DNA of 62,387 bases, the filler included. It is 7 parts of 7 records of this genome, joined end to end, with 100 filler letters (N's around TTAATTAATTAA, not from the genome) between each part and the next. Parts side by side here need not be neighbours in the genome. Positions count along the whole stretch, not along the records: positions 16,831 to 27,073 come from DRR723986_25181; 6 more parts are not named here. One strand, 5' to 3'. This document shows, piece after piece, positions 17,718-26,575 of this stretch; the first letter of the stretch is position 1, and each line of letters starts with the position of its first letter. The notes under the pieces are model-generated. The model was not told the origin of the DNA, did not search any database, and saw nothing but the letters and a program-made list of their open reading frames with translations. Made by a program: the position numbers and the translations under genes.

Positions 17718-19808
17718 TTGAAGTATCGCGTTCTGATAGCGGAAGATGAGGCTTCATCGGCAATGCTGTTGAGCCGGATGGTCAAGCGCTTGGGGCATGA
17801 TCCTGTTGCGATCGTGGAAACGGCACAGGCGGCGCTGGAATTTTGTGAGCGCGACCGACCAGATATAGTGCTGATGGACGTGACGTTTAAGTCAACTGAA
17901 ACACAGGGGCCGGAAGCCGGGCTGCAGTTGTATGAGCGATACACGATACCGGTGATATTTGTTAGCTCGATTGAAGATGAGCGTATGTATAGCATTGTAG
18001 TTGAGGCGAAGGCATTTGGCTACATTGTTAAACCACCTGAGCCGCATCAGCTGCGATTGGCGTTGGAGCTGGCGTTTAATCGCAGTTTGATGGAGCGTAA
18101 GCTGCGCGACAGTCAGGGGCAGTTCGCAGCGGCGCTGCGGTCTTCACTGGATGCAGTCGTAACGATTGATGCACATGGTAACATTGTGGAATTTAATCCG
18201 GCGGCCGAGTCTATCTTTGGTTGGTTGCGCGCAGAAGTCATGCATAAAAGCATGGCGGACATTATTATTCCACCGGCGTACAAGCAGGCACACCTGGCGG
18301 GTTTGCGACACTACTTTGAGACTGGCGAGGGACCGGTTCTGGGTAAACGTATTGAGATTGAAGCAGCAAGGCGCAGTGGTGAAATATTCCCCGTGGAATT
18401 GGCGATCAATACGTTTACAGTGGACAATGAGAAGTTCTTCACCGCCTATGTGCGCGATATTACGGATCGCAAACAACAAGAAGCGGTCATAAACCAACGT
18501 GACCGTTTGCTTAGCGGTGCGGCACGCGCGACGGATGTCTTACTACAATCTCCGAATTTTGACGAAGCGATTAAGTTGGTGTTAAAAATTTTGGGAGAGG
18601 CGATTAACGCTGAAGAGATTATGATTTTCACGACTGAAACTGGCAGTGTTTCCACAAGAAATTATCAGCCTGCATACTTATGGCAAGCCGAGAGTGGAGA
18701 TAAACATATACGACCGAAGACATCACAGGGCGAACTGCAAGCACTCATACAAACGCACAGCGAGGCTTTGTCGCAAGGCCAGGCCATTGAGTTAAACAAC
18801 TCCGACCAGACCGCGGCGGTAGCTAAAGGCGGCGGAGCGGAGTTGGCTACATTATTGGCACCATTTAATATTAACTACAGAAATGCAGGCGTACTTGTTT
18901 TTGGGTTCCACCAGCTTGCAAGATCCTGGAATAGCAGCGAAACCGAAATTTTGCATGCATTGGCCGGAAGCGTAGGTGGCGCCATGAGCAGGCGCAAGAC
19001 GCTCGAGGAGTTGCAGGCATCCCGACGGAGCTTGCAGGAAAAGGTACACGAGCTAAAACAGCGCGAGTTGGAATTACAGCAAACTATGGCTCTGCTGGTA
19101 CGCCGCGAGAAACTAGCCAATCTGGGCTCAATTGCCGGAATGATTGCGCACGAAATCAACAGCCCACTGGGTGCAATTATCAATAGTGCGGAGCGCCTGA
19201 TAGACCGGCAGAATTTAACTGCCGCACACAGACGCAATAGTGAGCTAATTCTAAAGGCTGGCGCACGCTGCCAAAGTGTTGTCAGCAAATTCCTGCAAAG
19301 CGTTCGGCCTGCGTCGGAAAGCAATAGGTGCAGTTTGGGCACGGTGCTTGAGGACTGGTTTGAGCTGTATGGCAAACACTTCCAGCATCTGGGCATTGAT
19401 GTACAGGCCACTCGTCGTGATGGCTGCGATGTGAGTATCGACTACACCGAATGCAGCCAGATTTTAACAAACCTGATGTTCAATGCACGCGATGCGATGC
19501 TGGATGCCGGTGTTTCCAAACCCAGAGTAGAAGTCAGCCTAACATGCAATGAACATGTTGGTGTCATTGAAGTGACAGATAACGGCCCCGGTTTTAGCGA
19601 GGCAATGTTAAGTAAAGCGCTCGATCCATTTGTTAGCAGCAAAGAGGAGGGAAAAGGCACGGGATTGGGGCTATATATCGTGCAGAATATCGTCGTCAAT
19701 GCCGAAGGCAGCTTAAAATATGGCAATCACGAAAATGGTGCTCTGGTACGAACAGAACTTCCGCGGGTAGTGCTCAGGGAAGAGGATGGAACGAAACATG
19801 CAGAATAG
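17718..19808 (+). CDS. Hybrid sensor kinase REC-PAS-GAF-HisKA-HATPase
   Basis: LIAEDE..VLMD receiver, FNPAAESIFG PAS, IAHEINSPL H-box, NARDA, DNGPG and GTGLGL. Confidence 0.93.
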   Translation: MKYRVLIAEDEASSAMLLSRMVKRLGHDPVAIVETAQAALEFCERDRPDIVLMDVTFKSTETQGPEAGLQLYERYTIPVIFVSSIEDERMYSIVVEAKAFGYIVKPPEPHQLRLALELAFNRSLMERKLRDSQGQFAAALRSSLDAVVTIDAHGNIVEFNPAAESIFGWLRAEVMHKSMADIIIPPAYKQAHLAGLRHYFETGEGPVLGKRIEIEAARRSGEIFPVELAINTFTVDNEKFFTAYVRDITDRKQQEAVINQRDRLLSGAARATDVLLQSPNFDEAIKLVLKILGEAINAEEIMIFTTETGSVSTRNYQPAYLWQAESGDKHIRPKTSQGELQALIQTHSEALSQGQAIELNNSDQTAAVAKGGGAELATLLAPFNINYRNAGVLVFGFHQLARSWNSSETEILHALAGSVGGAMSRRKTLEELQASRRSLQEKVHELKQRELELQQTMALLVRREKLANLGSIAGMIAHEINSPLGAIINSAERLIDRQNLTAAHRRNSELILKAGARCQSVVSKFLQSVRPASESNRCSLGTVLEDWFELYGKHFQHLGIDVQATRRDGCDVSIDYTECSQILTNLMFNARDAMLDAGVSKPRVEVSLTCNEHVGVIEVTDNGPGFSEAMLSKALDPFVSSKEEGKGTGLGLYIVQNIVVNAEGSLKYGNHENGALVRTELPRVVLREEDGTKHAE

Positions 19809-21294
19809 AATCGAAGATGATAGTACAATTAGCGGTTCGGTGCCAAGCGCAAATACGGTGCGCCTACTGATAGTCGAAGACGATGAATTTGCGATGGAGA
19901 ACATCCTGATCACGTTTGAAGACGACGGCTGGCAATTGGAAACGGCAGCAACTGCACCACATGCACTGGATTTGCTAAGCAGGCAACAGTTTGACCTCGT
20001 GATAACTGATGTTAAACTGCCCGGCATGGATGGAATCAGCCTGGTAGCAGAATGTGTTAAATCCGGGCGCGACATGAAGTATGTTGTGATTACGGGTTAT
20101 GCTGACGAAGAGTCGGTCATTCGCGCATTACAACTAGGGGTTAATGACTTCCTTAAGAAACCGTATCGCGACCTGGAGCTGCGCAATGCAGTGGAACGTC
20201 AGTTAAACACGCTAATGCTGGAGCGTGAGAACCGCAGGCTGAATGAAAGGCTGGAGCGCGAGAATGCGGTTTTACGCGAAGCCGTTGAGAAATCCGATGA
20301 GCAGCAGAATGCGGGCGGAATTGTTGGACGCTCAGCAGCGACCAAACACAATATTGCACAGGCCGACAAGGTGGCACAATTTTCGGTTAACGCCATGATC
20401 AATGGTGAAAGCGGCTGTGGCAAGGAAGTTTTTGCGCAGTATATCCACCGTCAGGGAGCGCGGAGTAATAGACCATTTGTTCCGGTTAACTGCGCGGCAC
20501 TTTCTGCCACCTTGATTGAATCTGAACTGTTTGGGTATGAAAAAGGCGCATTCACCGGAGCACAGCAGGCGCGTGCGGGCTTGTTTGAGGTGGCCGACGG
20601 CGGCATTCTGTTTTTGGATGAAGTCACGGAGTTGCCGTTTGACTTGCAGGCCAAGCTGCTGCGTTGTTTGGAGACGCAGAGCATACGGCGGCTGGGCGGC
20701 TCGGAAACGATTGATGTGGATGTTCAGGTTTTGAGTGCCTGCAATCGCAATATCCCGGAGGCTATCGAACAAAAACAGTTCCGCGAGGATCTTTACCACA
20801 GGCTGGCAACGGTTGAAATTACTTTAACACCCCTGCGCGAGCGCATGGAAGATTTTGACGATTTGCTGCAGCACTTTATCCGGCGCCTGCAACCGCGTTT
20901 TAACATCGACTTTCCGCCGATTCCGGATGAAGTATATGCGCGCATGCAGGTACTCCCCTGGCGCGGCAATGTGCGTCAACTTGTAAATTTTGTTAACAAA
21001 TGGTATCTGTTTGGCGATTCGGCCGGCGTAGCTGACCTCGACAAATGGCTGGGCGCGGCGGCCGAGGAACAGGTAACACTGCGCAGCTGGATGCGGTTTG
21101 ATTTTATTGAAGGCACGATGCAAGAGCTGGAACTGGCCAAGGAAGCGATGTTGCGCAAAGCGCTGCTGGAGGCTGAAGGTAATAAGTCACAAACGGCACG
21201 GCGCCTGGGAATTTCGTACCAGGGCCTGCTCAAAATGTTAAAAAAGATGGAGCAGCGTGAGCAAGATGCGACTGCAGGGAGTAAGGACGTATGA
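19786..21294 (+). CDS. NtrC-family sigma-54 enhancer-binding response regulator
   Basis: Receiver domain, GESGCGKE, ESELFG, GAFTGA, LFLDE, FREDLYHRL and Fis HTH GNKSQTARRLGIS. Confidence 0.95.
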   Translation: MERNMQNRIEDDSTISGSVPSANTVRLLIVEDDEFAMENILITFEDDGWQLETAATAPHALDLLSRQQFDLVITDVKLPGMDGISLVAECVKSGRDMKYVVITGYADEESVIRALQLGVNDFLKKPYRDLELRNAVERQLNTLMLERENRRLNERLERENAVLREAVEKSDEQQNAGGIVGRSAATKHNIAQADKVAQFSVNAMINGESGCGKEVFAQYIHRQGARSNRPFVPVNCAALSATLIESELFGYEKGAFTGAQQARAGLFEVADGGILFLDEVTELPFDLQAKLLRCLETQSIRRLGGSETIDVDVQVLSACNRNIPEAIEQKQFREDLYHRLATVEITLTPLRERMEDFDDLLQHFIRRLQPRFNIDFPPIPDEVYARMQVLPWRGNVRQLVNFVNKWYLFGDSAGVADLDKWLGAAAEEQVTLRSWMRFDFIEGTMQELELAKEAMLRKALLEAEGNKSQTARRLGISYQGLLKMLKKMEQREQDATAGSKDV

Positions 21295-21785
21295 GTAAAA
21301 GAATGCTAATACCGGAGCATGAATTTAGTGCTGCCGCGGCGCTGATTGAGTTACTGCATATTCATTTACGGGAATTTGAAGCTGTGTGGCGTGAGGCCAA
21401 GGCTGCGAGCCTGGAGCTGCCAGAATGTGATGATCCTGACTACAACTCACTTGACACTTTGGGCGTGCACGTTCTGGCCGCCGCACGCGGTGAATTGTTG
21501 TGGTGCTGCCAACAACTTAAGTTGGCAACACCAGACGTTGATAATTTGCCTCAGGCAGCAGACCTAGCAGATACGATGAGCAATTACTTGCTGCATCTTG
21601 AAGCCGTTTGGTCAACTCCCTTTATGCAGGTCCCTGCGCGGGATTTTTTTGTACCTGAGTACAAAACTTCCTGGGGCGTTCATTACTGTATTGAGGCAAT
21701 GTTTGAGCATGCAGTTATGCATCCGATTCGGCACACACACCAGCTGCGTAAATGGTTAACAACGCAACACAACAGCAAAACCTAA
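21291..21785 (+). CDS. DinB/YfiT-like four-helix protein
   Basis: VHVLAAA and C-terminal HAVMHPIRHTHQL metal triad. Confidence 0.7.
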   Translation: MSKRMLIPEHEFSAAAALIELLHIHLREFEAVWREAKAASLELPECDDPDYNSLDTLGVHVLAAARGELLWCCQQLKLATPDVDNLPQAADLADTMSNYLLHLEAVWSTPFMQVPARDFFVPEYKTSWGVHYCIEAMFEHAVMHPIRHTHQLRKWLTTQHNSKT

Positions 21786-21812
21786 TCGCAGCAGCCAAAC
21801 CTAGACCAAGCC

Positions 21813-22487
21813 TCAGTTGTTGCACGAACCGCACGTAATAATTACGTTAACTGTAATCGGCGCTGTGCCTGGAACAGCCGTACTTGCCGTAAATTCTATA
21901 TTTTTGGCCGTGTTACAGCGCAAGTATTCACTTACTGTAAAGCGCATTTCCGAGGACTTCCCAACTTTGGTAGGGGAGCCGTCCGGAGTGGATCCCTGCC
22001 CTCCCCAGCCGGAATTGTCACCTGCACCAGAAACACCCCACGTTATTTCGGACTGTCCATCTTCACCATGCCACATGTCAAAGAACTCTTCGTCCGTACC
22101 TGTAAAATTTGGCCCAGGTTCGATGTCTAAGGAAACGACAAATGAGAAGATGCAGCCCTCACAACCAGGGAAACAACCAGTATTGTTTTCGTGCAGGGTT
22201 CGCGTAAATGAAAAGGACATACCATCGCTGGATGCCGGATTTTGAACATTAACGTTCGCGCCGCCAAAAATATCGAAATCACTTTGGCCCGGAGAAGCAA
22301 AGACGTGCCTCCCACCAGTTTGCACAACTTTAACAAACACAGGCTGTTTATTGTGCATGACGGTTTTATGGAATAAGGTCCGCCCCTCCAACTTTGGTGA
22401 GTCGGCCTGCTCAGGCAGGCTCTGAGCATTGATATCTGCAAAACTTAAACAACATACCAGGCAGGCTGAAACTATAGCTGCACGCAT
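21813..22487 (-). CDS. Exported hypothetical protein, paralogue A1 (CxxxCxxC ... CxxC)
   Basis: Signal peptide MRAAIVSACL.., RBS GGAG. Strongly similar to 22665-23363. Confidence 0.85.
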   Translation of the reverse strand: MRAAIVSACLVCCLSFADINAQSLPEQADSPKLEGRTLFHKTVMHNKQPVFVKVVQTGGRHVFASPGQSDFDIFGGANVNVQNPASSDGMSFSFTRTLHENNTGCFPGCEGCIFSFVVSLDIEPGPNFTGTDEEFFDMWHGEDGQSEITWGVSGAGDNSGWGGQGSTPDGSPTKVGKSSEMRFTVSEYLRCNTAKNIEFTASTAVPGTAPITVNVIITCGSCNN

Positions 22488-22600
22488 GTGCCACTCCAAT
22501 AAACAAAATGGAATAATTGTTGATTCTGGCGGCAGTGTTTGAATGTGTGCTAAATCGAGGCAGCAGCCCGCAGTTTTGACTGCTGCGGACGGGCAAACGT
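22488..22600 (-). repeat. Duplicated 5' leader, copy 1
   Basis: 24-nt exact match TTGATTCTGGCGGCAGTGTTTGAA (22520-22543 = 23395-23418) plus a conserved hairpin. Confidence 0.8.
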
Positions 22601-22664
22601 GTCAAGTATTATTATTATCACGGGCAAGTCATAGCCTGTAAACCTGGCACGCACTTGCTCAACC

Positions 22665-23363
22665 TTAGAATTCTTGCCACTCTATGCATGTGCTACAGTC
22701 AAGTGTGACTTCGACTGTAATTGGTGCAGTTCCCTCGTTGGATGTGCCGGCTGTAAACGTCAGCGTCTTAGACGTTCCACACAGCAAATATTCGCTGACG
22801 GTAAAACGCATTTTAGAAGACTTTCCGCCTTTTGTGTCTGAAGGATCCGGCGTTGAATTAATGCCACCCCAGCCTGAGCCGCTGCCTGCACCATCGACCG
22901 TCCAGGTAATTTCGGCATTGTCGTCATCGCCATGCCACGATTTATCAAACTCATCGTCAGTCCCTTCAAAGCCGGAGCCCGGCTCAATATCAAAGGCAAC
23001 AACGAATGAAAAATGACAAGCATCGCAGGAAGGATAACAGCCCTCATTATCCTCATGCAGGGTCCGAACTGTACTGAATGACTTTCCTCCGCGCGATTCC
23101 GGGTTATGCACTTCAACAGAAGCGCCACCATAGACTTGATAATTCTGACGTCCAGGTGTTGCAAACTGATGACTGCCACCCGACTGTAAGACTCTTACCA
23201 CGGCCGGTAGGCTGTTGACCATTGCGGCACTGTGGGATATCGCCGCCTGATTACTTGCAGTCGCTTCTACCTCAGGACCGAATAGGGCTTCTGTAGTTTG
23301 GCTAAAAACAACAAGACAACTTAAACACAATACTACACAGACTGAAAGTATAGCTGCACGCAT
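22665..23363 (-). CDS. Exported hypothetical protein, paralogue A2
   Basis: Signal peptide. Shares RTLHE.N.GC.P.C..C.FSFVV, WHG.D..EITW and MRFTVSEYL.C with A1. Confidence 0.85.
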   Translation of the reverse strand: MRAAILSVCVVLCLSCLVVFSQTTEALFGPEVEATASNQAAISHSAAMVNSLPAVVRVLQSGGSHQFATPGRQNYQVYGGASVEVHNPESRGGKSFSTVRTLHEDNEGCYPSCDACHFSFVVAFDIEPGSGFEGTDDEFDKSWHGDDDNAEITWTVDGAGSGSGWGGINSTPDPSDTKGGKSSKMRFTVSEYLLCGTSKTLTFTAGTSNEGTAPITVEVTLDCSTCIEWQEF

Positions 23364-23480
23364 GAGCTACTCCAATGAGCTAATGGAATAATGATTGATT
23401 CTGGCGGCAGTGTTTGAAACTGTGCTGAAGCGAGGAAGAAGACCGCTGTGTTGGCTGGTGCGGTCGGGCGGGCAGTCTGC
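23364..23480 (-). repeat. Duplicated 5' leader, copy 2
   Basis: Aligns with 22488-22600. Confidence 0.8.
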
Positions 23481-24059
23481 CTAAGTGGCGTCAGCATTTA
23501 CGGATTAGTAAAATAGTCAATCGGACTTGACAAAGTCAAGCGGCATTTTTCTCTCTGTTGAAATTCTGTGATTTGTCGGTACATCCAGGATCATGGACTT
23601 TGACCAGCGTTTGACAAACGATGCAGTACTCATGTATCGTTTCCAAATAATACACTCCGCCAATTAAATTCACACATGTTTGAAAATGTTTTGCAAGTTT
23701 CCAGAGGTGGTGTAAATTGTGCAAGTCTGCAACCACGGAAAGTGCAATATGTTTTACTGCCAAACCCGGACACTGCCAATGAGCCGGTCTTGCGCTAACC
23801 TAGAAGAGTCATAATAAGGCTCAATCGCATTTAACAACTGGTCAAACCGTTCACGGAGTTTCTGCAGCTCCGCGCTGGTTGTTTAGTGCCTTTAGTGTTC
23901 CCGAGGCGCAATCTCGGGTAATTACATTGGATACACATCCGTCAAACCACGACTTCCCATAGTGGAACCACTGGGTGAACAGGCTGAAAAGGCTGCTCGC
24001 ACTGCCCCAGCATTCACTGATTTTTCATAGAACATACGATTAACCTCACGAGGCAAATC

Positions 24060-24698
24060 ATGCAAAGAATTTTGCTCTTCGCAGCACTTGCTGTGTTAAG
24101 CATTGGCGTGGGCACGTCCCCTCTCCAGGCCAAGGACATTGTTTGTGAAGCAGATGTAAGACTTGAACGAACTTCGGCACGCTCAGGCCCGATTGACTGC
24201 TGTGATGATGAAGCGCGTTTTAAGGCGGCGGCAGATGCTGTTAAAACCGTTCAAGACAATGTGGCAGAACTATGCGAGGAAGCGGGATTCGACTATTCCG
24301 CAATTGCACGTATTTGTGTTAATTACTTTCAACTCGACGATGGACGCTGTTACGCCGTTGCAACAGCCTGGTATACATGTGGCTGCTGCGTAATTCGCAG
24401 TCACGACCTGGACGAATGCAAATACGATGAAAAAGCCTGTGACAACAATTTCGCAGTCGATAAAAACTCCGTAGGTGCACGCTACAAATGCTGCAGCCGT
24501 GACAGCCGTTGGGATGCCACGTACGACACCATGAAGAAGGCATACATTGAAGTGCGTGACGAATGTGCCCTGCTGGACTGCCTGGGCGGTCTGGGTGTGC
24601 GCGGCTTTGAAATCAACTACAGTGTCGTAGACGCAGACGAAGGTGTCTGCGCTGTGAAATCGACAATCATCTATTCGTGTTGCTGCGTGTGTGAATAA
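24060..24698 (+). CDS. Exported 20-Cys protein, paralogue B1
   Basis: Signal peptide ending LQA, RBS GAGG, 20 Cys in the same register as B2 and B3. Confidence 0.88.
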   Translation: MQRILLFAALAVLSIGVGTSPLQAKDIVCEADVRLERTSARSGPIDCCDDEARFKAAADAVKTVQDNVAELCEEAGFDYSAIARICVNYFQLDDGRCYAVATAWYTCGCCVIRSHDLDECKYDEKACDNNFAVDKNSVGARYKCCSRDSRWDATYDTMKKAYIEVRDECALLDCLGGLGVRGFEINYSVVDADEGVCAVKSTIIYSCCCVCE

Positions 24699-24711
24699 CG
24701 CATGACGACTT

Positions 24712-24749
24712 AACGGCTCGGCTGCTTTACAGCCGAGCCGTTTTTGTTT
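24712..24749 (+). terminator. Rho-independent terminator after B1
   Basis: AACGGCTCGGCTG-CTTTA-CAGCCGAGCCGTTTTT. Confidence 0.85.
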
Positions 24750-24871
24750 AAGGTAAATATCAGTCAAGAATTCGGAGTCGGCGCGTGGCTCCGTGTACAA
24801 TACCACTAGTTCACTAAAATGGGTGCAAGCTCTGCCTTGCCCAGCATTACCATATTCAATGAGGTTTTTTG

Positions 24872-25525
24872 ATGAAACGCCAGTTATTATTCACATTCGC
24901 CCTTGCCCTTGTAGCCGCCGTATTCCCAGCCATGACCATGGCAATGACGGTTAAACCAATCGTTTGTGAAAACGACGTAGTACTTAACACACTTAGCACC
25001 GAATCCGAAACAGTTAAGTGCTGTGACCCGGAAGAACGCTTCAAAGCCGCAGCATCAGCCGTAAAAGAAGCGCATTCTCTGGTCCAGGAAAAGTGCCGCG
25101 AGGCGGGTTATGAGCTCTCAGCTATCGCACGCGTGTGTGTTACATACAAAGAAGTAAGCGACGGTAAATGTGTAGCTGTTGCGACGGTAGCATATACCTG
25201 CGGCTGCTGTATTGTGCGCAGCCCGGAAGTCAAAGACTGCAAAAATGATGAAAAACATTGCACCAATGACCTGGTTGCCGATGAATTTACCGTTGGTGCG
25301 CGTTACAGATGCTGCGAAGAAGACAAGCGTTGGAATGCTACTTATGACACAATGAAAAAAGCATTCTCAGAAGTACATGAGAAGTGCTCCAGACTGCGCT
25401 GCGTTGGTGGCACAGGCGTTCGTGGCTTCCAGATCGACTACGGTGTAGTTGACGCTGACGAGGGCGTTTGCGCTGTTAAATCGACAATCATTTACTCCTG
25501 CTGCTGCGTTTGCGCACAAGGATAA
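24872..25525 (+). CDS. Exported 20-Cys protein, paralogue B2
   Basis: Signal peptide, RBS GAGG, same Cys pattern as B1. Confidence 0.88.
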   Translation: MKRQLLFTFALALVAAVFPAMTMAMTVKPIVCENDVVLNTLSTESETVKCCDPEERFKAAASAVKEAHSLVQEKCREAGYELSAIARVCVTYKEVSDGKCVAVATVAYTCGCCIVRSPEVKDCKNDEKHCTNDLVADEFTVGARYRCCEEDKRWNATYDTMKKAFSEVHEKCSRLRCVGGTGVRGFQIDYGVVDADEGVCAVKSTIIYSCCCVCAQG

Positions 25526-25834
25526 TTTAGGCCGAAAACAACACTTCCTGCGGCTCTGTTAAGCATTGTAACAGCTGCTGACTGGGCCGCAGGCTGGTGT
25601 GTTTTGGAATACCCGTTAAGATCCTGGCCTGCCAACAATACACTCTGTTAACAGTGGGAGAAGCGCAGGCCTTTATCGCCAGGAAATCGCACGGACACGC
25701 CGTGCCGGACGCAAAAACATGAATCTTGAGGATGCATGTTTTGATTGGAGCAAAGAGCGTCAAGCTCAAGTTTACTATCAGCACTATTTAACCCTTCATT
25801 TTTTGGGCTTCATTTTTTCAGGATTGAGGACAAC

Positions 25835-26476
25835 ATGAAACGCTTTGTAACTTTGGCCTTTTTGTTAGCATTAACAGTATCCTTCAGCCAAACAGTTTTG
25901 GCGAACCCCGTCAAAGAAATTGTCTGTGAAGATCGTGAGATTTATTCACATGAGTATGAGTCGGAAACCTTTAAGTGCTGCGATGATGAGGCGCGTTTTA
26001 AGGCGGCCGCTACCGTCACAAAATATCTGCACTATTGGGTAGATGAAAAGTGCACGGCCAACGACTACTACCTTTCAGCAATTGCACGCGTATGTGTTAA
26101 CTTCAAAGAAGTTTCCGACGGCAAATGTATCGCTATCGGCACGGTATACTTCACTTGTGGCTGTTGTATTGTAGAGCGTCATGACCTTGACGACTGCAAG
26201 TACGATGAAAAAGCTTGTGACAATCGTACCGAGATTGAAACAATTGGCAACAGCCAGAAGTACCGCTGCTGCGACGTTGATGATCGCTGGAATACAACGT
26301 ATGACACGATGAAGAAAACGTACACGGAAGCAGCCGAAAAATGTGCAGCTCTTGACTGCAAAGGTGGCTTTGGCCTGCGCGGATATCAGATGGATTATGT
26401 TCCAGTAGATCCGCGTGACAACGTTTGTGGTGTAAAAACTACCTTGACGTTCTCTTGCTGCTGCAAGTGCGATTAA
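25835..26476 (+). CDS. Exported 20-Cys protein, paralogue B3
   Basis: Likely start MKRFV at 25835 after GAGGA. Same Cys pattern as B1. Confidence 0.88.
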   Translation: MKRFVTLAFLLALTVSFSQTVLANPVKEIVCEDREIYSHEYESETFKCCDDEARFKAAATVTKYLHYWVDEKCTANDYYLSAIARVCVNFKEVSDGKCIAIGTVYFTCGCCIVERHDLDDCKYDEKACDNRTEIETIGNSQKYRCCDVDDRWNTTYDTMKKTYTEAAEKCAALDCKGGFGLRGYQMDYVPVDPRDNVCGVKTTLTFSCCCKCD

Positions 26477-26543
26477 TATCCTACAGATTTAACAACAGAG
26501 TTGGAGTCCAGTTTTTGGGCATTGACTTTTAGATCGGTATCGG

Positions 26544-26575
26544 GGCCGTCATGCGTAGCGTGGCGGCCTTTTTTT
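26544..26575 (+). terminator. Rho-independent terminator after B3
   Basis: GGCCGTCATGC-GTA-GCGTGGCGGCC-TTTTTTT. Confidence 0.8.

Noticed and set aside
22645-22659. TGGCACGCACTTGCT as a sigma-54 promoter
   Set aside because: The spacer is N4 rather than N5, and it points antisense into a gene end.
23013-23027. CDACH as a c-type haem site
   Set aside because: The paralogue has CEGCI at the same position, so the His is not conserved.
21813-23363. Radical SAM enzyme call from CxxxCxxC
   Set aside because: The proteins are exported, short and beta-rich, with no GGE motif or TIM-barrel pattern.
25689-25744. c-di-GMP-I riboswitch suggested by GGACGCAAA before B3
   Set aside because: It lacks the GGxAAA..GAAA P2 and the tetraloop receptor. 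Only two generic hairpins are present.
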